DNA of 21,296 nucleotides, taken from assembly GCA_008080735.1 (NCBI GenBank), contig SHMW01000074.1, forward strand, positions 1 through 21,296, written 5' to 3'. This DNA is from Promethearchaeota archaeon (lineage in GTDB: Archaea > Asgardarchaeota > Lokiarchaeia > Sigyniarchaeales > SOKP01). Below, in pieces: positions 8,352 to 17,866 of this stretch (the first letter of the stretch is position 1; each line of letters opens with the position of its first letter). Below the pieces are notes generated by a model, which searched no databases, had not been told where the DNA came from, and saw only the letters and a program-made list of their open reading frames with translations. The position numbers and the translations under genes were made by a program.

Positions 8352-9989
8352 ATGAACTATGAACTAATAGATACAGATGCCTTGGGACGGATTGGTAAAT
8401 TAGAATATAAAAATTATGAACTGATTACTCCAAATTTGATACCTGTTATACATCCTTATGAGGAAAATTTGAAACCCTCTATAATAGAAAAAATTGGATT
8501 TGACTGTATTTTCACGAATTCGTACATTATTTACCAAGACAACCAAAAAAGAGAAAAGGTTTTAGATCTAGGATTAAAAGAATATTTAGGATTTAATGGA
8601 TTAATAGCAACGGATAGTGGAGCGTTTCAACAATATATATATAATGATAAAGATATTCACATAAGACCTAATGAAATCGAAAAATTTCAAGAAGATATTG
8701 GATCAGATTTCCCCGTAATATTAGATCTCCCTGTACAGCCCGATGATAATTACATTCAAGCAAAAAACAAAATAGAAACGAGCTTAGAAAGAGCAAAATT
8801 AAATATTAGTAGAAGAACAAAAGAATGCTGCTGGATTGGACCTATACACGGGGCAAAATATCCAGAACTATTAAAAGTCAGTTCTAAAGAAATGAGTAAA
8901 TTAGATTTTGGAATTTATGCAATCGGAGGATTGGTGAAGTTCTTTCTTGATTATAGATTTGACGAAGTCTTAAAAATCTTATTAACAGTTAAGAAACATA
9001 TAGTCTCCAACAAACCACTTCACATGTTTGGATTAGGGTTACCGCAATTCTTTTCATTAGCCGTTGCTTGTGGATGTGATTTAATGGATTCAGCCGCATA
9101 TATTCTCTATGCTAAAGAAAACCGATATTTTACTCTCTCAACAGGTACAAAACTATTAGGTGAGTTAAAAGAATTTCCTTGTTGTTGCCCCATGTGTTCC
9201 AATTACACACCAGATGAAGTGAGACAATGTGAACCAAGTGAAAAAACGCGATTATTAGCAATACACAATTTGCATGTTTCTTACTCAGAATTAAAAAATA
9301 TTAGACAAGCAATTTATGACGGAAATTTATGGGAACTAGTTGAGCAACGAATTAGGTCTCACCCAAAATTATATGAAAGTATTAATATAATTAAAAAGAA
9401 TGTCCTATTGTTTGAGAGATATGAGAAAATTTATAAAAATCATGGGAGATTATTAGCTTCTATTGAGAGCATTCAACGACCTCTCTTAAAAAGATATAAA
9501 CAGAGAATAAAAAAGCGTTATAGAATCCCAAATAGTACAAGGTATCTAATCATTTTACCTGAATTAGACATAAGAGGTAAAAAATCCCCCTCTACAAAGA
9601 AATGGCTAAATCAAATAAATAATTGTACCATCCCGAGAGACATGATTCATATTCTTTTCTTTTCGAAATTCTTCGGATTAATTCCAATCGAATTAATAAA
9701 TACATATCCTATGGGTCAACATGAATCTATCTCATTAAATTTTTTTGATAAAGAAGAATATATGGATGAATATGTTGAGATATTTATTTCCGTAATTAAT
9801 TCCTATAGACTATCTAAAAAAATAGCCTATTTATATCCTAAATCTTTCATAAACCAATTTTATGAGGAAGAAAAATTTAGAGATTCTTTTTATGAATCAA
9901 TTTTTAAAGTTTTATCTACTAAATTTAAAATTCCAATTAGACAATTCGATATAATTAGTAATATAATTGAATATTTTGAGAAAGAATGA
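8352..9989 (+). CDS. tgtA: Archaeosine tRNA-guanine(15) transglycosylase (ArcTGT)
   Basis: GRIGKL, TPNLIPV, TDSGAFQ, LDLP, HMFGLG, GCDLMDSAAY, Zn site CCCPMC...HN, and LWELVEQR.RSHP.L. Confidence 0.95.
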   Translation: MNYELIDTDALGRIGKLEYKNYELITPNLIPVIHPYEENLKPSIIEKIGFDCIFTNSYIIYQDNQKREKVLDLGLKEYLGFNGLIATDSGAFQQYIYNDKDIHIRPNEIEKFQEDIGSDFPVILDLPVQPDDNYIQAKNKIETSLERAKLNISRRTKECCWIGPIHGAKYPELLKVSSKEMSKLDFGIYAIGGLVKFFLDYRFDEVLKILLTVKKHIVSNKPLHMFGLGLPQFFSLAVACGCDLMDSAAYILYAKENRYFTLSTGTKLLGELKEFPCCCPMCSNYTPDEVRQCEPSEKTRLLAIHNLHVSYSELKNIRQAIYDGNLWELVEQRIRSHPKLYESINIIKKNVLLFERYEKIYKNHGRLLASIESIQRPLLKRYKQRIKKRYRIPNSTRYLIILPELDIRGKKSPSTKKWLNQINNCTIPRDMIHILFFSKFFGLIPIELINTYPMGQHESISLNFFDKEEYMDEYVEIFISVINSYRLSKKIAYLYPKSFINQFYEEEKFRDSFYESIFKVLSTKFKIPIRQFDIISNIIEYFEKE

Positions 9990-10420
9990 TGATATTGGAA
10001 CGAATATATGCAAAAGGTCAAAAAAATGTCAGGTGCAGACATAAAACTACAATTGAGATTACCAAAGATAGTTATTTAACTCCTAAAGGAGACTGTATCT
10101 TAGGAATTGAAGCATCAAAAGCTTGTTATGATTTAGATGCGAATTTTAAAAAGTATCTCAGGAAAGGTAAAAAAGTCGAAGTAATAATCAAATATCACGA
10201 CCTTTTTGATACCTTTTTTGGATTTGGACATAATCAATTAGGTTTGACCAGTAAAAAAGATATGGTATTCAGAAAAAGTGATTTTCTCTGCGATAGGACT
10301 GTTCTAATAAATTGTACGAAATCATCCTCGGAATTATCAAGAAAACTGGTTAATGAGATAAAAAAAACCCAAAATAGATTTTCTATATTATTTAAGAAAG
10401 CTGATTTTAGTAATGAATAG
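9986..10420 (+). CDS. DUF371 family protein
   Basis: NV...HKTTIEITKDSYLTPKGDCILG and MVFRKSDF.CDRT motifs. ATGA overlap with the tgtA stop. Confidence 0.88.
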   Translation: MMILERIYAKGQKNVRCRHKTTIEITKDSYLTPKGDCILGIEASKACYDLDANFKKYLRKGKKVEVIIKYHDLFDTFFGFGHNQLGLTSKKDMVFRKSDFLCDRTVLINCTKSSSELSRKLVNEIKKTQNRFSILFKKADFSNE

Positions 10421-11573
10421 TCCCGAAGGAAAGATCTTTTACTTTAAGGTAGCTAAGAAAGATGCTCAAGAATTGATAAATTTTATAGGAAGATTTTATC
10501 CAAACGATAAAATTCTCAATGATCGATATAAAATATTAAAAGAGGGAAATAATATCTTCTTTCCAATAAAAATCTCTCAGAAACAACTCAAAGATCTCAA
10601 GAAAAAAGGTAATAAAATGCAAATAAAAATTATAAAGAAATATGGATATAAAAAAAAAGATTATAAACATAAGAACTTAGAAGAGGCTTTAGAAGATAAA
10701 ATCCCAGAGAAAAGTTTTGACTTAATACCAAAATCTTATGATATTATTGGAGATATTGCTATACTGGAATTTAACGAGATCGAACGGTTGAGAGATATTG
10801 AAAAAATTAAAAAGAAAATATCAATGGCAGTAATAGAAGTAAACAAAAATGTTAAAACAGTTTATGAAAAAATTGGTAAGGTATCTGGAGATTACAGGAC
10901 ACGAGAATTAAAATTTTTAATGGGAACAAAGAAATCAGAAACAATTCATAGAGAAAATAATTGCCAATTTAAACTTGATATTGAAAAAACTTTTTTCACT
11001 CCAAGATTGATAAATGAAAGAAGGAAGATTTCACATTCAAATATTCGAAAATTTGAAACTATTGTCGATCTATTTGCAGGAGTTGGACCTTTTAGCGTAC
11101 AAATTGCCAAACTCCATAATGTTAAAATCTATGCATTCGATAAAAATCCTCACGCATACAACTATATGAAAGAAAACTTGCAATTAAACGATATAAGAGG
11201 TGAAATCTATCCATTCAACATGGACGTTTCAAATTTAATAAAACCTCACAATAAAATCGGAACTAAGCTCAAAAATAAAGTTAATAGGGTGATAATGAAT
11301 TTACCTGAACATGCCTCAGATTTTTTAGATATTGCTTGTCATCTCATCCGGGAAAAAGGTGGAATAATCCATTTTTATTTATTTAGTGAAAAACCTAACA
11401 CTATAAAAAAGGCCAGAAACAAATTTCAAGAGAAAATCGAAGGTTTTAATTATTATATAGATGAAATTACCAGAGCGGAAATAGTAAAATCCTACTCTCC
11501 TAAATCTAATATGATCGTTATTGATGCCTTTATAAGAAAAAATCAAACCCATCTAATGAGAAATTTCAAATAA
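10413..11573 (+). CDS. trm5: tRNA (guanine37-N1)-methyltransferase, Trm5/Met-10+ family
   Basis: SYDIIGDIAI, ETIHREN, FFTPRL..ER, DLFAGVGPF SAM motif, DKNP and VIMNLP (Trm5 NLP motif). 8-nt overlap with DUF371. Confidence 0.9.
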   Translation: MNSPEGKIFYFKVAKKDAQELINFIGRFYPNDKILNDRYKILKEGNNIFFPIKISQKQLKDLKKKGNKMQIKIIKKYGYKKKDYKHKNLEEALEDKIPEKSFDLIPKSYDIIGDIAILEFNEIERLRDIEKIKKKISMAVIEVNKNVKTVYEKIGKVSGDYRTRELKFLMGTKKSETIHRENNCQFKLDIEKTFFTPRLINERRKISHSNIRKFETIVDLFAGVGPFSVQIAKLHNVKIYAFDKNPHAYNYMKENLQLNDIRGEIYPFNMDVSNLIKPHNKIGTKLKNKVNRVIMNLPEHASDFLDIACHLIREKGGIIHFYLFSEKPNTIKKARNKFQEKIEGFNYYIDEITRAEIVKSYSPKSNMIVIDAFIRKNQTHLMRNFK

Positions 11574-11694
11574 ACCCTTCCATTTTTCATCTCTCTTATA
11601 TGATTTATAATAAAATTTATAGATTTTCTTTAACATTTTTTAATAAAAGAAGATTAAATACAACTAAATATCTTCAAATCTCCAGAATTCTTAT

Positions 11695-11769
11695 GGACTC
11701 GTAGCCTAGCCTGGATAGGGCGTCGGACTTCTAATCCGAAAGTCGCAGGTTCGAATCCTGCCGGGTCCG
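11695..11769 (+). tRNA. tRNA-Arg (TCT)
   Basis: Acceptor stem GGACTCG/CGGGTCC, anticodon arm TCGGA-CT TCT AA-TCCGA (anticodon 11730-11732), T arm GCAGG-TTCGAAT-CCTGC, discriminator G. No intron. Confidence 0.96.
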
Positions 11770-11774
11770 CTTCC

Positions 11775-11788
11775 CGAATCCTACCGGG
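11775..11788 (+). repeat. Partial duplication of the tRNA-Arg T-arm/3' segment
   Basis: CGAATCCTACCGGG matches tRNA 11752-11765 CGAATCCTGCCGGG at 13 of 14 positions. It sits inside a TTCCCG/CGGGAA inverted repeat (11771-11790). Confidence 0.65.
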
Positions 11789-11897
11789 AATTCTAATATT
11801 CAATTTTTAAAAATCATTAGACTAAATAATAATTTGCTTAATAATTCTTTAATATAAGCCATTTAATTAAAAGAAAATCTTACTTTTTATTGATAAA

Positions 11898-12611
11898 ATG
11901 CTAAAGCGTAAGGATTTTTTACATCAAAATATACGTTATTCTTTTCATTATCATAAAACACGTTTAGAAAGAATTAATCAATTAAGTAAGGATTATGAGA
12001 AGTTAAAAAAATTTCTCTTAGAGATTTATAAAGGTAAGATCCCAAATACTCTGTTTAATAAAAAAAATATCCCGCGAGTCTCAAATTTCAAGTTAAAAGG
12101 AATTAAAAGCGCTTACATAAGAAGCTACAGTAAACAACTAATACGGTCAGGAAAAATTTTAAAATTTGACTCGAATTATAAACTATCTCACTATGCCGAA
12201 GAAGTATATCAAAATTTTAGACAACATAAACTAAGAGAAAATCCAGGTCATGATCCCATCCTTAAAAATATTTTAATACGAGATCCTACTTCTATAGCGA
12301 TTGAAGTACCCATTTGGAAAAACGTAAATGGAAGTTATATTACAGGGCATATTGATCTAATAAAAATCGAAGATGATCACATCAAAATTGTCGATTATAA
12401 GCCAGAAGGCAATTTTCTTTACTCTCTCCCTCAAGTCGCTTCTTATGGGTTATTATTCAAATCAATCTTTAAGTATGATAATGTGAAATGTATATCCTTT
12501 AACAAACATCATGCTTGGCAATATAATCCCGATATTTTATTATATGATTTAAAAGAATATCTATTAAATCATAAATTTAATACGAAGAAATGGGAAAGAT
12601 TTGTAACTTAA
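11898..12611 (+). CDS. PD-(D/E)XK (RecB-like) nuclease family protein
   Basis: AIEVPIW, ITGHIDLI (motif II), IVDYKP (motif III) and QVASY (QxxxY). No Cas4-type cysteine cluster. Confidence 0.82.
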   Translation: MLKRKDFLHQNIRYSFHYHKTRLERINQLSKDYEKLKKFLLEIYKGKIPNTLFNKKNIPRVSNFKLKGIKSAYIRSYSKQLIRSGKILKFDSNYKLSHYAEEVYQNFRQHKLRENPGHDPILKNILIRDPTSIAIEVPIWKNVNGSYITGHIDLIKIEDDHIKIVDYKPEGNFLYSLPQVASYGLLFKSIFKYDNVKCISFNKHHAWQYNPDILLYDLKEYLLNHKFNTKKWERFVT

Positions 12612-12626
12612 TCAGCTATTAGCTCA

Positions 12627-12899
12627 CTATTTCTTAAACTTTTCTCTTTTGTTGCTCTGAGGCTCTTCTGTAAGATATTTCTTATTGAAAAGAAAATAAC
12701 AAACGAACAAGCTTAAAATCTCGGTTATTAAGCTTAAAAATACAATCGTCCCTCCATCAAAACCAAAGGATCGTAATAAAAGAGCTATAGCTAATCCCGA
12801 AATTGCTAAAAGGAATAAGATAAACCCAAAAAGAATCTCTGCCCATGAATTTTTAAGATCCGTCAAAAACACACTAATTTTTGAGAAAATATTTGACAC
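12627..12899 (-). CDS. Small two-TM membrane protein
   Basis: Two hydrophobic stretches and a basic C-terminal tail; GTG start. Confidence 0.7.
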   Translation of the reverse strand: MSNIFSKISVFLTDLKNSWAEILFGFILFLLAISGLAIALLLRSFGFDGGTIVFLSLITEILSLFVCYFLFNKKYLTEEPQSNKREKFKK

Positions 12900-12959
12900 G
12901 ATAATTAATCTCCAATCGATTTGTTGAATATAATATTGTTTCTATAAAAAAAATTATTA

Positions 12960-15344
12960 TTATCTCCGATTCTCTTTAAACTTAGAATATAGTGCTTTAT
13001 CGAGAAGTTTACCTATTCGTTTTGCGATTTCTTGTGCGATTTTAAATCTTTCTCCATCAAACATATTATTAAATTCTTCCCTATTAGGTATATGATCAAT
13101 ACGATCTTGAAGAATTTTATTTGCGATATTTTTCACAACATTTTCTATTTTTTCTGAACTAGGTAATTTAAAATCAGGATAAAGCGCCTTCATTTTTTCT
13201 CTCGCAAATAAAAAATATTCACAAAACAAATCTAAAGTATCCCCCTCTAACTCGCTATGTAATTTGATATTATCCGAGGCCACTTTAATGTCTTTTTCTT
13301 CCCAATAGAGCTGATTTGGATTAATACCGGGACTGGTTATCCTCATCAATGAGGAGGTTATCCTTCTTTCTATCCAGTTGAGCGTACTTTTTTCTTGACT
13401 TTTTCTAATTTCTTTTCGAATTTTTTCCTTTTTCTTCTCTTCTACTTTTAAAGCTTTTCTAACTTTAAATTTCCTTAAGTCCTCATACTCTTCAAATCTC
13501 TTAATTAAATCATAACCTAAACAATAAGAAATTGGAGAAATCAAATCTTTTTTGAGCTTAATCGGTTTGATTCCCTTATATACGGGGCTAGGTTCATTTT
13601 TTAATTTACTAACTGCTTTTTCGAGTGAAGTTTCAGTTAATCGTGCTAATATGAATCCATTTATAAGAAAAGGTTTATTGTCTGCATCAAATAAGACAAC
13701 TAATTCTTCTTGTCTGTTTTTTAAACGTTGGATTATTAATTCTTCAAATTTAATCCATATCCATTCTTCTGATTCTGTGGTATTATACATTTTTTTAAAG
13801 GCTAGCAGATACAACGCCTTTTCATTTGTTATTTTCAAAAATGCTTCAATGATTCTACTAAGTTGTCTTAATATTTTTGAAAGTAAATAATAATAAGTAT
13901 CCTTTACCAAATTATTAATAATTTTATCGAACTCTAATGAAATTAAAATTTGAGAATAATTCATCAAACCGAGCTTATCCAGAAAAATTTTATCAACGAT
14001 TTCCTTTTTTCTGATAAATTCTCGTAGTTCTACATAACTATTTCCACTTTCTTTTTCAATTTTACCCCATAAATCCTGATTTTTTTCCCTCTCCTCTTTT
14101 AATAAAGCAAGTAAATTGGATTCTTTTATCTCCTCCTGTTTCATATCCAAGAATTCATTTCCTAATTGATTTAATACTTTCTTAGTCTTTACAAGAATGT
14201 TCTTTTTTTTGTCGTTTAATTGGATGATATCAAATTTTTTGATATTATATCTTATCATATTCTTTTTTACTTCCTCTGCGATATCGTCATTCAAGTTTAT
14301 AATTTCTAAAATATTGAAAATTCCATATTTGTTTAGGGTATATACTATTTCTTCAAAGCTCTCTTCATTTAGATTCTGAAGAAAATAAACAAAATCATTA
14401 GGATTTGTGTTGAGTTGTCCTATAAGCTCTTTTTTCATATAAGTGAATATTTCATTCTCAAAATGTTCATAATCAATTTTTTTTTCTAAATTTTCCTTTA
14501 TTTTATTAATAATATTCTTTTTAAGTTCGTTTGCTTCTCGGAAGGAAATTAATCCGGGAACAGATACAGGAAAGCGCTCCATATCATAATTAATAATGCG
14601 TTTTTTAATCATTCTGACTGGCATTGCTTGCATTTTTAATTCTTGAAAGGATTTAAATTCAAAATCTTTCTTGATTTCTTCAATCATCTTATTTAATGTG
14701 GATAATTCAATGTATTTATCTTCTTTCTCCTTCTTTTTTAGTCTCTTTTCTAAATCCATCGAAAGCTCTTTTAGATCTCCACTTTCCTTAAAAATTTCCT
14801 TTTTAATGGTATTATTAATTCCTATAAGATCACCAATCAGATCATAAAAATTAAACGATTTATAATCTAATATGATTGTTCTTAGTTCTTTTTCAAGATA
14901 GTAATCGATTTCCTCTAATACACTCTCTCTCTGACTCTCTAATATATCTGGGTCTCTTATTTCAATCAATATACGTATAAATTTATTTTCAAGGGCGATT
15001 ATTCGAAATAACATGTCAATTTCGGATTGAAATGAATCTTTCAGAAGCTCTTTAACTTCATTAAATATAACCTTCTTTTCCATTAATTCTTGCTTTTTTG
15101 AGGATTCTACTGTGCCCTTTTCCATATCTATCGCTTCCTCAACCCTAATCCCAAGATTATGATAGATATGGATGGAAGCTGTTGATATAAGAAGATCTTT
15201 TAAGGTAAAAGTCTCATCTAATAATTCAAAAATCTTTTGTTTATCTGCGTCTCTTTTAAAATGTGATATAATTAGATCGACAGTTTGAAAATATCGAAAT
15301 GCACTTTCAACGGCGGTAGATTTTCTCTTAATTCCACTTATCAT
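12960..15344 (-). CDS. Large alpha-helical hypothetical protein (~794 aa)
   Basis: Long ORF. The start was moved from GTG15359 to ATG15344, which forms an ATGA overlap with the upstream gene's TGA (15343-15341). Confidence 0.85.
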   Translation of the reverse strand: MISGIKRKSTAVESAFRYFQTVDLIISHFKRDADKQKIFELLDETFTLKDLLISTASIHIYHNLGIRVEEAIDMEKGTVESSKKQELMEKKVIFNEVKELLKDSFQSEIDMLFRIIALENKFIRILIEIRDPDILESQRESVLEEIDYYLEKELRTIILDYKSFNFYDLIGDLIGINNTIKKEIFKESGDLKELSMDLEKRLKKKEKEDKYIELSTLNKMIEEIKKDFEFKSFQELKMQAMPVRMIKKRIINYDMERFPVSVPGLISFREANELKKNIINKIKENLEKKIDYEHFENEIFTYMKKELIGQLNTNPNDFVYFLQNLNEESFEEIVYTLNKYGIFNILEIINLNDDIAEEVKKNMIRYNIKKFDIIQLNDKKKNILVKTKKVLNQLGNEFLDMKQEEIKESNLLALLKEEREKNQDLWGKIEKESGNSYVELREFIRKKEIVDKIFLDKLGLMNYSQILISLEFDKIINNLVKDTYYYLLSKILRQLSRIIEAFLKITNEKALYLLAFKKMYNTTESEEWIWIKFEELIIQRLKNRQEELVVLFDADNKPFLINGFILARLTETSLEKAVSKLKNEPSPVYKGIKPIKLKKDLISPISYCLGYDLIKRFEEYEDLRKFKVRKALKVEEKKKEKIRKEIRKSQEKSTLNWIERRITSSLMRITSPGINPNQLYWEEKDIKVASDNIKLHSELEGDTLDLFCEYFLFAREKMKALYPDFKLPSSEKIENVVKNIANKILQDRIDHIPNREEFNNMFDGERFKIAQEIAKRIGKLLDKALYSKFKENRR

Positions 15345-17659
15345 AATTCTTTTATCCACTCTCTGTATACTTTCTTAAAATTGTCAGATAAATTAAATGC
15401 TATATTTGCTTCTCCCCAATATTTAAAAGCAAAAACCTGAAACAAATCTCCCTCAAATAAATCTAATTCCTCATGAGTAAATTGGTGTCTAAGGATTAAA
15501 TTTGATGGGATGGGTATCAAATCTGAAAAATATTTTAGTTCATTCTCTTTTAAGTATTCATAAAAACTATTCTCATTATTATCAGAGGATATAAAAATCA
15601 AATTATAGTCTGTTTCCCATTCAATATTGAATGTAGAAATCTCTTCCTCAATTTTTTTTCGAAGATATTTTGGAAATTCTGTCTTAATCCCACTAAAATA
15701 TTTATATTGTTCATATAATCTAATTAAACTGTGTTTTTCCTTGCGATCAACAATGTTTGAAATAAAGGTATCCAAAAAATTTACAAAATTATCTGGATCT
15801 CTTGCCTTATATTCTCTCTCTTCAAGATAATTGATAAAATCATTATAAATCTCATATAACGTCCAATTTCTATTCATATCAAGTTTGAAGAACAATTTCG
15901 CATAATCTTTAATCCAATCTAAAATCAAGGATTTCCACTCTAGATTAATCCCTGCTAATCTCTTTTCAAGAAATCTATGGAATTTAGTTGAGAAGGAAAC
16001 AGGGTCAGAGATCTCTTTGTCAGGGATGTCTTTAAGAAATCTATTGATTGTTGAATACCTTAAAATATAACTCAACAAAAAATGTATTTCCCCAGAAAAT
16101 TTTTTAAATTTACTAATATGGGAGTTAATTTGGTTTAATTCCTCCTTGAGATTTATTTCCGCAAAGGATATTATTTCTTTTATACCTAAACCTACATTCT
16201 TGAAAAAATCATCCAAATGATTATTTATTAATCGTGAAAAGTTTTTTTGAATAATTTGTTTATCAAATTTTATCTCATTTTTAGGAAATAATGAATATTT
16301 TTTAATAGTTCTTAGAAGATATTCTTTTAACTCATCTATAAATTTATTTCCTAGCAATCGCACGGGGTTTTCTTCTTTTTCAAATTCTTGTTTAAGATTT
16401 ACAGTTAATCGCTGGATTAATTTTTTAAGCCTAATATTTAAGAGATATTTAGGAAAATTATTTAGAATCGTTTCAAAAGACCTTTTGATTAATTCTGAGA
16501 AATAATTAAAGGATGATTCGAAAAAATTTGCCCTAATATTCACTTTTTCCGTAATTATTCTTTTTATGAAATTTTTCAAAATCTGATAAATATCCTTGAG
16601 ATCTATAATTCCATTTTGTAGGTTTTCTTCAAGGAAATCTCTTAATTTAATTAATATCTCATCTAAATTTCCCTTCACGCCACTAGTTAAGAAATCTCGA
16701 CAGTGTGCGTTAAATACATCAAATTGAGTTTTAATTTCTTCAATTTGCTTCCCAACTAAAGAAATTAGTTTTTTTTCTTCCCAATCATCTTGAATAATTG
16801 GTTTAATATTCTTTAACTTGTTTAAAATATAGTAAGTCAATTTATCTTGAAATTCATCGATTGTCCCGAAATTGGCTAAATTCAATAGATTAGACCCTAA
16901 TTTAAGAGTTTTTTCAGCGACAAATCCCGCACTGGGTTCAGTAATACTAAATTTAAGGTGTTCAAGAGCAGTCTTTCCTTCAAATGGATTTTTAATTTTA
17001 TCAAAATCTATCTCTGTGAAATTTAATTCTAAGGGTTTTTTATGTAAATTAATCTCAATTCTGGATTTCAGTTTGCTATATGTATCTAACTGTTCTTTAT
17101 CAGTGGGTAATGATTCGGATAGACCTATTAATTTTTTATTCCATTTCTCTTCTAATAATTCTCCATATAGTTTTTTACTAAATCTCTGGGCAAACACATT
17201 GTAGACTTGTGTTGTCTCGTTAGTATTGAGATCTGGATGGTTAGCATATTCCTCAACTTCGAAAAATAATTTACTAATATTATTAATCGATTGACTGGAT
17301 TTATGAACGTTTAAATACCCTGTTTCGGGTTTCAGTGCGAGCATTAAACTTTCACATTCTTTATATGTCCCAGGAACTAGCATCATAGATTTAGGATATA
17401 TTCTAGTGCTTGCGGCCTTTTCGTTGAAATTTATTAGCTCAAATTCCACGGCGTATAGTTCTGAACCCGTATAGTCTCTCAGCATAGCATTATACTCTGT
17501 TAAATATTTTATAACATCCTTCGTCAAATCTTTAATAAGATTCTTTGTCAGATTACCTGGACTAATGATATCACCAACCATTAAATTCTCCAAGTTTGGC
17601 GACGAGTATCCATAAATCAATGAGAATTGATAATTAATTGACTCTCTTGTAGTGATCAT
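15341..17659 (-). CDS. Large hypothetical protein (772 aa), mixed alpha/beta ends with long helical middle
   Basis: Long ORF, translationally coupled to the downstream gene; no motif recognised. Confidence 0.85.
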   Translation of the reverse strand: MITTRESINYQFSLIYGYSSPNLENLMVGDIISPGNLTKNLIKDLTKDVIKYLTEYNAMLRDYTGSELYAVEFELINFNEKAASTRIYPKSMMLVPGTYKECESLMLALKPETGYLNVHKSSQSINNISKLFFEVEEYANHPDLNTNETTQVYNVFAQRFSKKLYGELLEEKWNKKLIGLSESLPTDKEQLDTYSKLKSRIEINLHKKPLELNFTEIDFDKIKNPFEGKTALEHLKFSITEPSAGFVAEKTLKLGSNLLNLANFGTIDEFQDKLTYYILNKLKNIKPIIQDDWEEKKLISLVGKQIEEIKTQFDVFNAHCRDFLTSGVKGNLDEILIKLRDFLEENLQNGIIDLKDIYQILKNFIKRIITEKVNIRANFFESSFNYFSELIKRSFETILNNFPKYLLNIRLKKLIQRLTVNLKQEFEKEENPVRLLGNKFIDELKEYLLRTIKKYSLFPKNEIKFDKQIIQKNFSRLINNHLDDFFKNVGLGIKEIISFAEINLKEELNQINSHISKFKKFSGEIHFLLSYILRYSTINRFLKDIPDKEISDPVSFSTKFHRFLEKRLAGINLEWKSLILDWIKDYAKLFFKLDMNRNWTLYEIYNDFINYLEEREYKARDPDNFVNFLDTFISNIVDRKEKHSLIRLYEQYKYFSGIKTEFPKYLRKKIEEEISTFNIEWETDYNLIFISSDNNENSFYEYLKENELKYFSDLIPIPSNLILRHQFTHEELDLFEGDLFQVFAFKYWGEANIAFNLSDNFKKVYREWIKEL

Positions 17660-17866
17660 TTTTAACTTTATGATTCTTTTTCTTTACTCTAGATGGTAAA
17701 TTTTCTTTATATTTTTTTAGGTATTTTCTTTAGGATAATTTTAAGCAAATTTTCATAACCAAAAGAATAAATTGAAAATTTATTTCTATAATGATATAAA
17801 TTATTATAATTAAATTGAATATAAATTAAATTAATCGAGGTTTTTACCATCCAATTCGGTTCCGAT

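Noticed and set aside
11898-12611. Cas4 / CRISPR-Cas assignment
   Set aside because: No four-Cys cluster, no other cas genes and no array in the window.
13552-17204. Plus-strand ORFs 13552-13890, 14197-14379, 15627-15830 and 16872-17204
   Set aside because: Antisense to the two large genes, with the F/S/L/I-rich composition expected from reverse-complemented E/K codons.
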